Part shown: piece by piece, positions 52,877-62,218 of the stretch | How the letters are laid out: every line of letters starts with the position of its first letter | Numbering within the stretch: position 1 is the stretch's first letter | Assembly: GCF_003018255.1 (NCBI RefSeq) | Contig: NZ_CP027440.1 | DNA: 64,000 nt | From: Escherichia coli | GTDB taxonomy: Bacteria; Pseudomonadota; Gammaproteobacteria; Enterobacterales; Enterobacteriaceae | Reading direction: 5' to 3' (one strand) | The notes under the pieces: model-generated | Seen by the model: the letters and a program-made list of their open reading frames with translations, nothing else | Databases searched by the model: none | What the model was told of the DNA's origin: nothing | Translations under genes and position numbers: made by a program

Positions 52877-53814
52877 GCCGGGGCGTCTCCGTTATAGACT
52901 TCAGCGAGGATCTCGCGCGCGCCGTTATTCAGTAGCTCTTCTGCCAGCGAAATCCCCATTTGTTCGGCATCTTGCGGCGCACCGCGGCGTTCACCGCGAA
53001 TAATCAGCGAACCGTCCGGCGCGCCGACCAACGCACGCAGCCAGATTTCGCCATCAATAAGCTCGGCGTAGCTACCAATTGGTACCTGACATCCGCCTTC
53101 GAGACGGGTATTCATGGCGCGTTCTGCGGTAACGCGCAGTGCAGTTTCGTGGTGATTCAGCGCGGCAAGCAGCTCGCGAGTGCGTGTATCATCAAGGCGG
53201 CATTCAATGCCCACCGCACCTTGTCCTACCGCCGGAAGAGAAATCTCGGGTGGCAACGCGGCGCGAATGCGTGACTCCAGACCTAAACGTTTTAGTCCGG
53301 CTACGGCAAGAATGATGGCATCGTATTCGCCGTTATCCAGTTTGCTCAGGCGAGTGCCGACGTTGCCGCGCAGGGAGCGGATAATCAGATCCGGGCGGCG
53401 TTCAGCCAGTTGGCACTGGCGACGTAAACTGGACGTCCCGACGATACTGCCTGCCGGTAACGCATCCAGACTGTCATAGTTATTGGACACAAAGGCATCG
53501 CGAGGATCTTCACGCTCACAAATAGTGACCAGTCCCAGACCTTGCGGGAATTCAACCGGCACATCTTTCATTGAATGTACGGCGATATCGGCGCGATTTT
53601 CGAGGAGCGCGACTTCCAGCTCTTTTACAAATAAGCCTTTTCCGCCTACTTTCGCCAGCGGCGTATCAAGAATCACATCGCCGCGCGTCACCATCGGTAC
53701 CAGTTCAACGACCAGGCCCGGATGGCTCGCCATCAACTTGTCTTTGACATAGTGTGCCTGCCAGAGTGCAAGTGGGCTTTGGCGTGTGGCAATTCTTAAA
53801 ACATTGTCTAACAT
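52873..53814 (-). CDS. hemC: porphobilinogen deaminase (hydroxymethylbilane synthase)
   Basis: ORF 52873..53835; 313 aa from [23 protein letters not shown]. Confidence 0.93.
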   Translation of the reverse strand: MLDNVLRIATRQSPLALWQAHYVKDKLMASHPGLVVELVPMVTRGDVILDTPLAKVGGKGLFVKELEVALLENRADIAVHSMKDVPVEFPQGLGLVTICEREDPRDAFVSNNYDSLDALPAGSIVGTSSLRRQCQLAERRPDLIIRSLRGNVGTRLSKLDNGEYDAIILAVAGLKRLGLESRIRAALPPEISLPAVGQGAVGIECRLDDTRTRELLAALNHHETALRVTAERAMNTRLEGGCQVPIGSYAELIDGEIWLRALVGAPDGSLIIRGERRGAPQDAEQMGISLAEELLNNGAREILAEVYNGDAPA

Positions 53815-54200
53815 GCTTGTTACCGTCATTATCATCCGTGGTCCATCCTAACATCCTTGCCAGAGCGATGTCAGTGTTGTGGTGAAACGTAGACGCCTGC
53901 GCAAACCGTAAAATGAGGTCTGGCAGTGGATCCTGACAGGCGTTTCACGCCGTCGTAATAAGGAATTTACAGAGAATAAACGGTGCTACACTTGTATGTA
54001 GCGCATCTTTCTTTACGGTCAATCAGCAAGGTGTTAAATTGATCACGTTTTAGACCATTTTTTCGTCGTGAAACTAAAAAAACCAGGCGCGAAAAGTGGT
54101 AACGGTTACCTTTGACATACGAAATATCCCGAATGCCGCGTGTTACCGTTGATGTTGGCGGAATCACAGTCATGACGGGTAGCAAATCAGGCGATACGTC

Positions 54201-56747
54201 TTGTACCTCTATATTGAGACTCTGAAACAGAGACTGGATGCCATAAATCAATTGCGTGTGGATCGCGCGCTTGCTGCTATGGGGCCTGCATTCCAACAGG
54301 TCTACAGTCTACTGCCGACATTGTTGCACTATCACCATCCGCTAATGCCGGGTTACCTTGATGGTAACGTTCCCAAAGGCATTTGCCTTTACACGCCTGA
54401 TGAAACTCAACGCCACTACCTGAACGAGCTTGAACTGTATCGTGGAATGTCAGTACAGGATCCGCCGAAAGGTGAGCTTCCAATTACTGGTGTATACACC
54501 ATGGGCAGCACCTCGTCCGTAGGGCAAAGTTGTTCCTCTGACCTGGATATCTGGGTCTGTCATCAATCCTGGCTCGATAGCGAAGAGCGCCAGTTACTAC
54601 AACGTAAATGCAGCCTGCTGGAAAGCTGGGCCGCCTCGCTGGGCGTGGAAGTTAGCTTCTTCCTGATTGATGAAAATCGCTTCCGTCATAATGAAAGCGG
54701 CAGCCTGGGGGGCGAAGATTGTGGCTCCACCCAGCATATACTGCTGCTTGACGAATTTTACCGTACCGCCGTGCGTCTCGCTGGTAAGCGTATTCTGTGG
54801 AATATGGTGCCGTGCGACGAAGAAGAGCATTACGACGACTATGTGATGACGCTTTACGCGCAGGGCGTGCTGACGCCAAATGAATGGCTGGATCTCGGTG
54901 GCTTAAGCTCGCTTTCTGCTGAAGAGTACTTTGGTGCCAGCCTTTGGCAGCTCTACAAGAGTATCGATTCCCCATACAAAGCGGTGCTGAAAACACTGCT
55001 GCTGGAAGCCTATTCCTGGGAATACCCGAACCCACGTCTGCTGGCGAAAGATATCAAACAGCGTTTGCACGACGGCGAGATTGTGTCGTTTGGCCTCGAT
55101 CCTTACTGCATGATGCTGGAGCGTGTTACTGAATACCTGACGGCGATTGAAGATTTCACTCGTCTGGATTTAGTACGCCGCTGCTTCTATTTAAAAGTGT
55201 GCGAAAAACTCAGCCGTGAACGCGCCTGCGTAGGCTGGCGTCGTGAAGTGCTAACCCAGTTAGTGAAAGAGTGGGAATGGGACGATGCTCGTCTGGCAAT
55301 GCTCGATAACCGCGCTAACTGGAAGATTGATCAGGTACGTGAGGCGCACAACGAGTTGCTCGACGCGATGATGCAGAGCTACCGTAATCTGATTCGCTTT
55401 GCGCGCCGCAATAACCTTAGCGTCTCCGCCAGCCCACAGGATATTGGCGTACTGACGCGTAAACTGTATGCCGCGTTTGAAGCGTTACCGGGTAAAGTGA
55501 CGCTGGTAAACCCGCAGATTTCGCCCGATCTCTCGGAACCGAATCTGACCTTTATTTATGTGCCGCCGGGCCGGGCTAACCGTTCAGGTTGGTATCTGTA
55601 TAACCGCGCGCCAAATATTGAGTCGATCATCAGCCATCAGCCGCTGGAATATAACCGTTACCTGAATAAACTGGTGGCGTGGGCATGGTTTAACGGCCTG
55701 CTGACCTCGCGTACCCGCTTGTATATTAAAGGCAACGGCATTGTCGATTTGCCTAAGTTGCAGGAGATGGTCGCCGATGTGTCACACCATTTCCCGCTGC
55801 GCCTGCCTGCACCGACGCCAAAAGCGCTCTACAGCCCGTGTGAAATTCGCCATCTGGCGATTATCGTTAACCTGGAATATGACCCGACAGCTGCGTTCCG
55901 CAATCAGGTGGTGCATTTTGATTTCCGTAAGCTGGACGTCTTCAGCTTTGGCGAGAATCAAAATTGCCTGGTAGGTAGCGTGGACCTGCTGTACCGCAAC
56001 TCGTGGAACGAAGTGCGTACGCTGCACTTCAACGGCGAGCAGTCGATGATCGAAGCCCTGAAAACCATTCTCGGTAAAATGCATCAGGACGCCGCACCGC
56101 CAGATAGCGTGGAAGTCTTCTGCTACAGCCAGCATCTGCGCGGATTAATCCGTACTCGCGTGCAGCAACTGGTTTCTGAGTGCATTGAACTGCGTCTTTC
56201 CAGCACCCGCCAGGAAACCGGGCGCTTCAAGGCGCTGCGCGTTTCTGGTCAAACCTGGGGCTTATTCTTCGAACGCCTGAATGTATCGGTACAGAAACTA
56301 GAAAATGCCATCGAGTTTTATGGCGCTATTTCGCATAACAAACTGCACGGCCTGTCAGTGCAGGTTGAAACCAATCACGTCAAATTACCGGCGGTGGTGG
56401 ACGGCTTTGCCAGCGAAGGGATCATCCAGTTCTTCTTCGAAGAAACGCAAGACGAGAATGGCTTTAATATCTACATTCTCGACGAAAGCAACCGGGTTGA
56501 GGTGTATCACCACTGCGAAGGCAGCAAAGAGGAGCTGGTGCGTGACGTCAGTCGCTTCTACTCGTCATCGCACGACCGTTTTACCTACGGCTCAAGCTTC
56601 ATCAACTTCAACCTGCCGCAGTTCTATCAGATTGTGAAGGTTGATGGTCGTGAACAGGTGATTCCGTTCCGCACCAAATCGATTGGCAACATGCCGCCTG
56701 CCAATCAGGATCACGACACGCCGCTATTACAGCAGTATTTTTCGTGA
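54201..56747 (+). CDS. cyaA: adenylate cyclase (class I)
   Basis: 848-aa [38 protein letters not shown]; start per ORF track (non-ATG, as I recall for cyaA). Confidence 0.95.
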   Translation: MYLYIETLKQRLDAINQLRVDRALAAMGPAFQQVYSLLPTLLHYHHPLMPGYLDGNVPKGICLYTPDETQRHYLNELELYRGMSVQDPPKGELPITGVYTMGSTSSVGQSCSSDLDIWVCHQSWLDSEERQLLQRKCSLLESWAASLGVEVSFFLIDENRFRHNESGSLGGEDCGSTQHILLLDEFYRTAVRLAGKRILWNMVPCDEEEHYDDYVMTLYAQGVLTPNEWLDLGGLSSLSAEEYFGASLWQLYKSIDSPYKAVLKTLLLEAYSWEYPNPRLLAKDIKQRLHDGEIVSFGLDPYCMMLERVTEYLTAIEDFTRLDLVRRCFYLKVCEKLSRERACVGWRREVLTQLVKEWEWDDARLAMLDNRANWKIDQVREAHNELLDAMMQSYRNLIRFARRNNLSVSASPQDIGVLTRKLYAAFEALPGKVTLVNPQISPDLSEPNLTFIYVPPGRANRSGWYLYNRAPNIESIISHQPLEYNRYLNKLVAWAWFNGLLTSRTRLYIKGNGIVDLPKLQEMVADVSHHFPLRLPAPTPKALYSPCEIRHLAIIVNLEYDPTAAFRNQVVHFDFRKLDVFSFGENQNCLVGSVDLLYRNSWNEVRTLHFNGEQSMIEALKTILGKMHQDAAPPDSVEVFCYSQHLRGLIRTRVQQLVSECIELRLSSTRQETGRFKALRVSGQTWGLFFERLNVSVQKLENAIEFYGAISHNKLHGLSVQVETNHVKLPAVVDGFASEGIIQFFFEETQDENGFNIYILDESNRVEVYHHCEGSKEELVRDVSRFYSSSHDRFTYGSSFINFNLPQFYQIVKVDGREQVIPFRTKSIGNMPPANQDHDTPLLQQYFS

Positions 56748-56786
56748 TGAGCGTGCCGGAAAGCGAGGCTTATCCGGCATGCAATC

Positions 56787-57107
56787 TTAGCGGAAACTGA
56801 CTGTTTCACCCGCTTGCTGCGTTGCCGCCTGTTCCAGCAAATCCCAGAAGGTTTCGCCGCTACGATCGCAAATCCACTCATCGCCTTTCAGATCAAAATG
56901 GTAGCCGCCCTGTTTGGTTGCCAGCCATACCTGGTGCAGCGGTTCCTGGCGGTTGATAATGATTTTGCTCCCGTTTTCAAAGGTAATGGTCAGTACACCG
57001 CCGTTGATTTCGCAGTCGATATCGCTATCGCCATCCCAGTCGTCCAGACGCTCTTCAATGGTCAGCCACAGTTGATCAGCCAGGCGATGAAATTCACTGT
57101 CGTTCAT
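56787..57107 (-). CDS. cyaY: frataxin homolog CyaY
   Basis: 106-aa acidic [66 protein letters not shown]. Confidence 0.95.
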
Positions 57108-57154
57108 TGTTGTATCCTGTTTTTAAGTGATGGCGGCAGTATAGCGGCATGGGG

Positions 57155-59182
57155 TCAGAGCTTCAAAGTTTGCTCAATGTCTGGTGTTTTGTGGCACTCT
57201 TCCTCCGTCGTCAAGATGATGATGTCATCATTGGATGAAAACATGTTCTGATCCAGATTACGTGTCCTGGCCGGACAGGGCGATGCGGTTCGATAAAGTT
57301 GGCTACCGATCCAGGTATAAACATAGCGATTGTCATAAGCGAAACGTTCGGTGGTTTTCAATGGTCCATCAATAGCAAAAATTTGAATATCATCGCGTAA
57401 ACGGGAAGAGCGCATAAAGTAACCATGGCCTTTCCCGGCGTTAATCCGTTGTTTCAGGAAAGGTGCAGAAGAGTCGAGCGTTATTATTTCCAGGGTGTCT
57501 TCACCAAAAGGAGACAATTTCGCAATGTACAGATGATTTTTGTACTGCGCGACACGATCGGTGATGGGATGAAATGCTTTCGGGTCAATATCGGGGAGTT
57601 TCTCCCATTGACTCCATTGCTGGTCTGTAGAGCGAAGCTTACGCCAGCTAACATCGGTTTCGCCGACGAGAAAAGAGCCTTCGCCATCAGAATATTGAGC
57701 AATGTTAACGGATGAGTTATAGGGGATTCCCGTTGGAATAAACGCACCATCCTCAAGAAGTCTGCCGTCAAGCTCACCACTACGGTAGTTTGCCCAATAG
57801 CCATATCCTGAATCTTTGGTTTTCCATTTCACCCGCACGGCTTTGGTATTGGGAGTTGGGTAGCGCCAAAGCTGTGAGCCATCGAATGCGTAAACATAAC
57901 GATCGTCGTGTGCATACCATTTCTTGTAATGGGGGCTATCGCTAAGGTGAGCCTCATGCTCGTCAGGAACACGATAATCCATCAGGATAAGCGGCCCGGA
58001 AGAATCGAATACCTGGAGGCCATCTTCTTCTTCACCATCAGCTGGTAATTTGGTCAATAAATAGCCGTGAGTTCTTCCCGCGTTAAAGCGTTTATCTATC
58101 ACCAAACCAGGATTATCCAGTGTGACGATATTTAGCCTATTTTCGCCAAATCCCGTTTTTTTGATGGTGTACAGCTTGTCCTGATACTGAGCAACGGTAT
58201 TACTAAGAGGATGAAATTGTTCTGGATCGAGGCCGGGTAGGACTTCTTGCTGGCATTCTGGCCCTTTGCGCCATGAAACAGAGTGTTCCTGCAAAGTGAA
58301 CGCCGCGCAGCTATTTGCCCTATCTTTGTCCAGATTTCCCTGATTCAGCACCTTCCGGTGCAGGCCGCTTTTATCTCGCCAGGTTAATAACGAACCGGGC
58401 ATCCAGCGTACGACAGTAAATGTCTCTGGGTCGGCTTTAAGCTGTTCGCCATTGATTATGATTTTGGTCCGTGTACGGGCTAACGTATCCCAGGGGCCAA
58501 ATGGTACGGCAACGCAGGGGTTAAACGTGGTGGAAAACTTTCCTCGCTGATCCCAGGACTTCTGCGCCAGCACACGGAAACTCTCGGGGTCAGCGAGGCG
58601 ATGTCCATCGACATATAAGAAATTAGCGTCACGTAATATCAGCCCCAGAAAGTCAGGTTTCCAGGGGGAACGGAATTTCACCTGATGCAGCGTTTTAATA
58701 TCTAGACTATTTTCTCCGCCATTGTCATCGGTGCGCGTGCCTTCAAAATAGAGACTGTGTTTATCTGCGGCAAAATCACCCCATGCCTTGAACGAGGCGA
58801 CATCGACGGGAGGTTTGTCTGGCGGGTTTTGCACAACTTCACCCGCGTAGAGGATATAGCGACCATCGCTATGCCAGGAGTAATGAGGATACCAGGCCTG
58901 TGCGCCTTCATAGAGGTAGTCGGTTGTCAGATCAGTCAGAGGAGGTACTTTATCCCATTTGTCTAGTGTTGTCGGGTCTATTAATAAATTGGGTAAACGG
59001 CGCAAACTTTTGTAATTCACGTCAGGAAGAGAAAGATTTGTTTCTTTATAAGGGCGCAGGTATACCACGCCTTTTCCCTGTTTCTGGTAAATATTATGTT
59101 CAGGCGCGGAAAGCCGACATCCCCATGCCGACGATAAAAACAACGAACAAGACAACAAACAAACCACATTGCGAAAGTGCAT
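57155..59182 (-). CDS. secreted protein of about 675 aa built from DKNYY-like repeats (accessory; function unknown)
   Basis: ORF 57155..59212 (685 aa from an upstream GTG); likely ATG at 59182 preceded by AGGA; N-terminus MHFRNVVCLLSCSLFLSSAWGC is signal-peptide-like; recurring motifs of the type DxxxLYxxG...ADPxxF (DKHSLYFEG, DANFLYVDGHRLADPESF, GEQLKADPETF, DDRYVYAFDGSQL, DNRYVYTWIGSQL); Trp/Tyr-rich; family assignment unverified. Confidence 0.7.
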   Translation of the reverse strand: MHFRNVVCLLSCSLFLSSAWGCRLSAPEHNIYQKQGKGVVYLRPYKETNLSLPDVNYKSLRRLPNLLIDPTTLDKWDKVPPLTDLTTDYLYEGAQAWYPHYSWHSDGRYILYAGEVVQNPPDKPPVDVASFKAWGDFAADKHSLYFEGTRTDDNGGENSLDIKTLHQVKFRSPWKPDFLGLILRDANFLYVDGHRLADPESFRVLAQKSWDQRGKFSTTFNPCVAVPFGPWDTLARTRTKIIINGEQLKADPETFTVVRWMPGSLLTWRDKSGLHRKVLNQGNLDKDRANSCAAFTLQEHSVSWRKGPECQQEVLPGLDPEQFHPLSNTVAQYQDKLYTIKKTGFGENRLNIVTLDNPGLVIDKRFNAGRTHGYLLTKLPADGEEEDGLQVFDSSGPLILMDYRVPDEHEAHLSDSPHYKKWYAHDDRYVYAFDGSQLWRYPTPNTKAVRVKWKTKDSGYGYWANYRSGELDGRLLEDGAFIPTGIPYNSSVNIAQYSDGEGSFLVGETDVSWRKLRSTDQQWSQWEKLPDIDPKAFHPITDRVAQYKNHLYIAKLSPFGEDTLEIITLDSSAPFLKQRINAGKGHGYFMRSSRLRDDIQIFAIDGPLKTTERFAYDNRYVYTWIGSQLYRTASPCPARTRNLDQNMFSSNDDIIILTTEEECHKTPDIEQTLKL

Positions 59183-59300
59183 AAAGCCATCCTGGCGCGA
59201 GGTGTTGATCACGAAACTGCTAGCAGAACATAAATCCTCACAAGTAAGCGTAACTCTCGCAGCAAATCGTCACTTTTCAGAATCCATAAAGGTCATCGCT
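59121..59300 (-). repeat. copy A of a duplicated promoter/leader module (5' region of the DKNYY-repeat gene)
   Basis: About 85-90% identical by eye to 60208-60377; includes RBS, ATG and first 13 codons (MHFRNVVCLLSCS). Confidence 0.8.
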
Positions 59301-59553
59301 ATTTTCTGATAGTTGCTGGAATAAACGTGATATTTTCATTCACGATATAAACACAATCCCGGAACTGCCCCATAGTACGGCTAATAGCATAAAAATATTC
59401 CGGATTGACCCCTGGAAGGGAGGCAATGTGGGATTCCGCCCCCCGTTGCCTTCTTTATTGTCTTTCACGAGTTGTACCCAGGTTCCACCACGGGTATCTA
59501 ACATTCGCCACATTATTACGCTTTCTGCCGAACGTGATTTTTATAGAAATCTA

Positions 59554-60108
59554 TCAATTCATTTTCCCTGTACCATAAAGTTTATCCTTCACATCCTGCC
59601 GAACGCGGGTCTTGTACCCCCCGTTGTGAAGATCTTCATACGGAGAAAAAGAATCTTTACTCCACCCCAGCAACACTTTATCGCCAGGCATAAAATGCAC
59701 GTGCAGGTAATTTTCTCCCCATTCTCTTTTTGGGAGAGGTAACGTCATATTGCGTTTCTCCAGACGCATTCCAGCATTATACTGTGTACGAGTAGTACTT
59801 AATGTCCATATAACCTCTGCCGTATCCCCACTGACATCACCGCAACAGGTGATTGAACCGCCACCATTCGCAAAAGCATTCGCGCCCGCCACGCCGTTAA
59901 CACTGAATCCCAGTATCGGACGGTCAATTTCACTGTGGATTTCCAGTATCACTCCACCTCTTGGTCCTCCCCATACTGCCTGTCCTATATTCCACAACAC
60001 GACCAGTACTGGAACGACAATTAACGTCCGCCATACCCAGCGCCCCCAGCGGGCATAACCGCGCGTAAGCTTTTGGTCAAATTTTTCCAGTTGGGTAAAT
60101 AGCCCCAT
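59554..60108 (-). CDS. small membrane-anchored protein, DUF3304-like (tentative; accessory)
   Basis: 184-aa ORF; basic N-terminus then one TM helix (TLIVVPVLVVLWNIGQAVWG); Gly-rich segment with CC pair (GVAGANAFANGGGSITCCGDVSGD); RBS gagaagaggga upstream; DUF3304 assignment is from memory and unverified. Confidence 0.6.
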   Translation of the reverse strand: MGLFTQLEKFDQKLTRGYARWGRWVWRTLIVVPVLVVLWNIGQAVWGGPRGGVILEIHSEIDRPILGFSVNGVAGANAFANGGGSITCCGDVSGDTAEVIWTLSTTRTQYNAGMRLEKRNMTLPLPKREWGENYLHVHFMPGDKVLLGWSKDSFSPYEDLHNGGYKTRVRQDVKDKLYGTGKMN

Positions 60109-60150
60109 CGATTTTATTCCCTCTTCTCACCTGGTTGGCAAAGTTGCACG

Positions 60151-60261
60151 TCACTGGCGACTAAGGTCAGACAACGAAATTTCGTGGTACGCCACTCTCT
60201 TAAAAGTCCCATGCAGGCGATAAGAACAAGACAACAAACAAACCACATTGCGATAGTGCAT
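60151..60261 (-). pseudogene. 36-codon chimeric fragment: 5' end of a paralog of the DKNYY-repeat gene, truncated
   Basis: MHYRNVVCLLSCSYRLHGTFKRVAYHEISLSDLSRQ; first 13 residues match the 57155..59182 protein (one F/Y difference), then diverges and stops 42 nt before the DUF3304-like start. Confidence 0.6.
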
Positions 60262-60377
60262 AAAGCCATCCTGGCGCGAGGTGCCGATCACGAAACTACC
60301 AGCAAAACATAAATCGCCACGTGTAAGCGTTATACTCGCAGCATTTCCTCACTTTTCAGACTTCATAAAGAGTCGCT
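60208..60377 (-). repeat. copy B of the duplicated promoter/leader module
   Basis: Direct repeat of 59121-59300 with a 7-9 bp indel and scattered substitutions; lies back-to-back with the yifL upstream region. Confidence 0.8.
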
Positions 60378-60449
60378 AAACGCTTGCTTTTACGCCTTCT
60401 CCTGCGATGATAGAAAGCAGAAAGCGATGAACTTTACAGGCAATCCATA

Positions 60450-60653
60450 ATGAAAAACGTGTTTAAGGCACTCACTGTATTACTTACTCTCTTCAGCCTG
60501 ACGGGCTGCGGTCTGAAAGGTCCGCTCTATTTCCCGCCTGCAGATAAAAACGCACCGCCGCCGACCAAACCGGTAGAGATGCAAACGCAATCCACGGTGC
60601 CGGATAAAAACGACCGCGCCACTGGCGATGGTCCATCCCAGGTGAATTACTAA
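60450..60653 (+). CDS. yifL: small lipoprotein YifL
   Basis: 67-aa ORF MKNVFKALTVLLTLFSLTGCGLKGPLYFPP with lipobox LTGC. Confidence 0.9.
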   Translation: MKNVFKALTVLLTLFSLTGCGLKGPLYFPPADKNAPPPTKPVEMQTQSTVPDKNDRATGDGPSQVNY

Positions 60654-60689
60654 AAGTCAGTTTCTGTACCCGCGTGATTGGAGTAAATG

Positions 60690-61514
60690 ATGCAGTTCTC
60701 GAAAATGCATGGCCTTGGCAACGATTTTATGGTCGTCGACGCGGTAACGCAGAATGTCTTTTTTTCACCGGAGCTGATTCGTCGCCTGGCGGATCGGCAC
60801 CTGGGGGTAGGGTTTGACCAGCTGCTGGTGGTTGAGCCGCCGTATGATCCTGAACTGGATTTTCACTATCGCATTTTCAATGCTGATGGCAGTGAAGTGG
60901 CGCAGTGCGGCAACGGTGCGCGCTGCTTTGCCCGTTTTGTGCGCCTGAAAGGGCTGACTAATAAGCGCGATATCCGCGTCAGCACCGCCAACGGGCGGAT
61001 GGTTCTGACCGTCACCGATGATGATCTGGTCCGCGTAAATATGGGCGAACCCAACTTCGAACCTTCCGCCGTGCCGTTTCGCGCTAACAAAGCGGAAAAG
61101 ACCTATATTATGCGCGCCGCCGAGCAGACAATCTTATGCGGCGTGGTGTCGATGGGAAATCCGCATTGCGTGATTCAGGTCGATGATGTCGATACCGCGG
61201 CGGTAGAAACGCTTGGTCCTGTTCTGGAAAGCCACGAACGTTTCCCGGAGCGCGCCAATATCGGTTTTATGCAAGTGGTTAAGCGCGAGCATATTCGTTT
61301 ACGCGTTTATGAGCGTGGGGCAGGAGAAACCCAGGCCTGCGGCAGCGGCGCGTGTGCGGCGGTTGCAGTAGGGATTCAGCAAGGTTTGCTGGCCGAAGAA
61401 GTACGCGTGGAACTCCCCGGCGGTCGTCTTGATATCGCCTGGAAAGGTCCGGGTCACCCGTTATATATGACTGGCCCGGCGGTACATGTCTACGACGGAT
61501 TTATTCATCTATGA
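60690..61514 (+). CDS. dapF: diaminopimelate epimerase
   Basis: 274 aa from [25 protein letters not shown] with catalytic Cys motifs (GNGARC, CGSGACA). Confidence 0.95.
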
Positions 61515-62218
61515 AGCAACCAGGGGAAGAACTGCAGGAAACACTCACGGAGCTTGATGACCGGGCGGTTGTCGATTATCTGATTAAAAATCCTGAGTTT
61601 TTTATCCGCAATGCGCGCGCAGTAGAAGCGATACGTGTGCCGCATCCGGTACGCGGCACCGTTTCGTTGGTCGAGTGGCACATGGCCCGCGCACGTAATC
61701 ACATTCATGTTCTGGAAGAGAACATGGCGTTGTTGATGGAGCAGGCTATCGCCAACGAAGGCCTGTTTTATCGCTTACTCTACTTGCAGCGTAGTCTCAC
61801 CGCCGCCAGCAGTCTCGACGATATGCTGATGCGCTTTCACCGCTGGGCGCGCGATCTCGGCCTGGCGGGTGCGAGCCTGCGCCTGTTCCCGGATTGCTGG
61901 CGTTTAGGTGCGCCGTCGAACCACACTCATCTGGCATTAAGCCGTCAGTCTTTCGAACCGCTGCGTATTCAGCGTTTGGGGCAGGAACAGCACTATCTTG
62001 GGCCGCTTAACGGACCGGAGCTGCTGGTGGTGCTACCGGAAGCGAAAGCGGTGGGATCGGTGGCGATGTCGATGCTGGGAAGCGATGCTGATTTGGGTGT
62101 CGTGCTGTTTACCAGTCGCGATGCCAGTCACTATCAACAAGGGCAGGGAACGCAGTTACTTCATGAAATTGCGCTGATGTTGCCGGAGCTTCTGGAGCGT
62201 TGGATTGAACGCGTATGA
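61511..62218 (+). CDS. yigA: DUF484-family protein YigA
   Basis: 235-aa ORF between dapF and xerC, overlapping both ends. Confidence 0.88.

Noticed and set aside
59428-59742. 104-aa plus-strand ORF inside the island (MGFRPPLPSLLSF...)
   Set aside because: It overlaps the 3' end of the DUF3304-like gene in antisense, has no RBS and a Pro/Arg-rich low-complexity translation; it is most likely spurious.
57155-60108. Interpretation of the island as a classical type VI secretion effector-immunity pair
   Set aside because: There is no vgrG, hcp, PAAR, Rhs, lipase or nuclease domain in or near the island, and the large protein has a Sec-type signal peptide rather than T6SS cargo features. Only the weaker orphan immunity-like hypothesis is kept.
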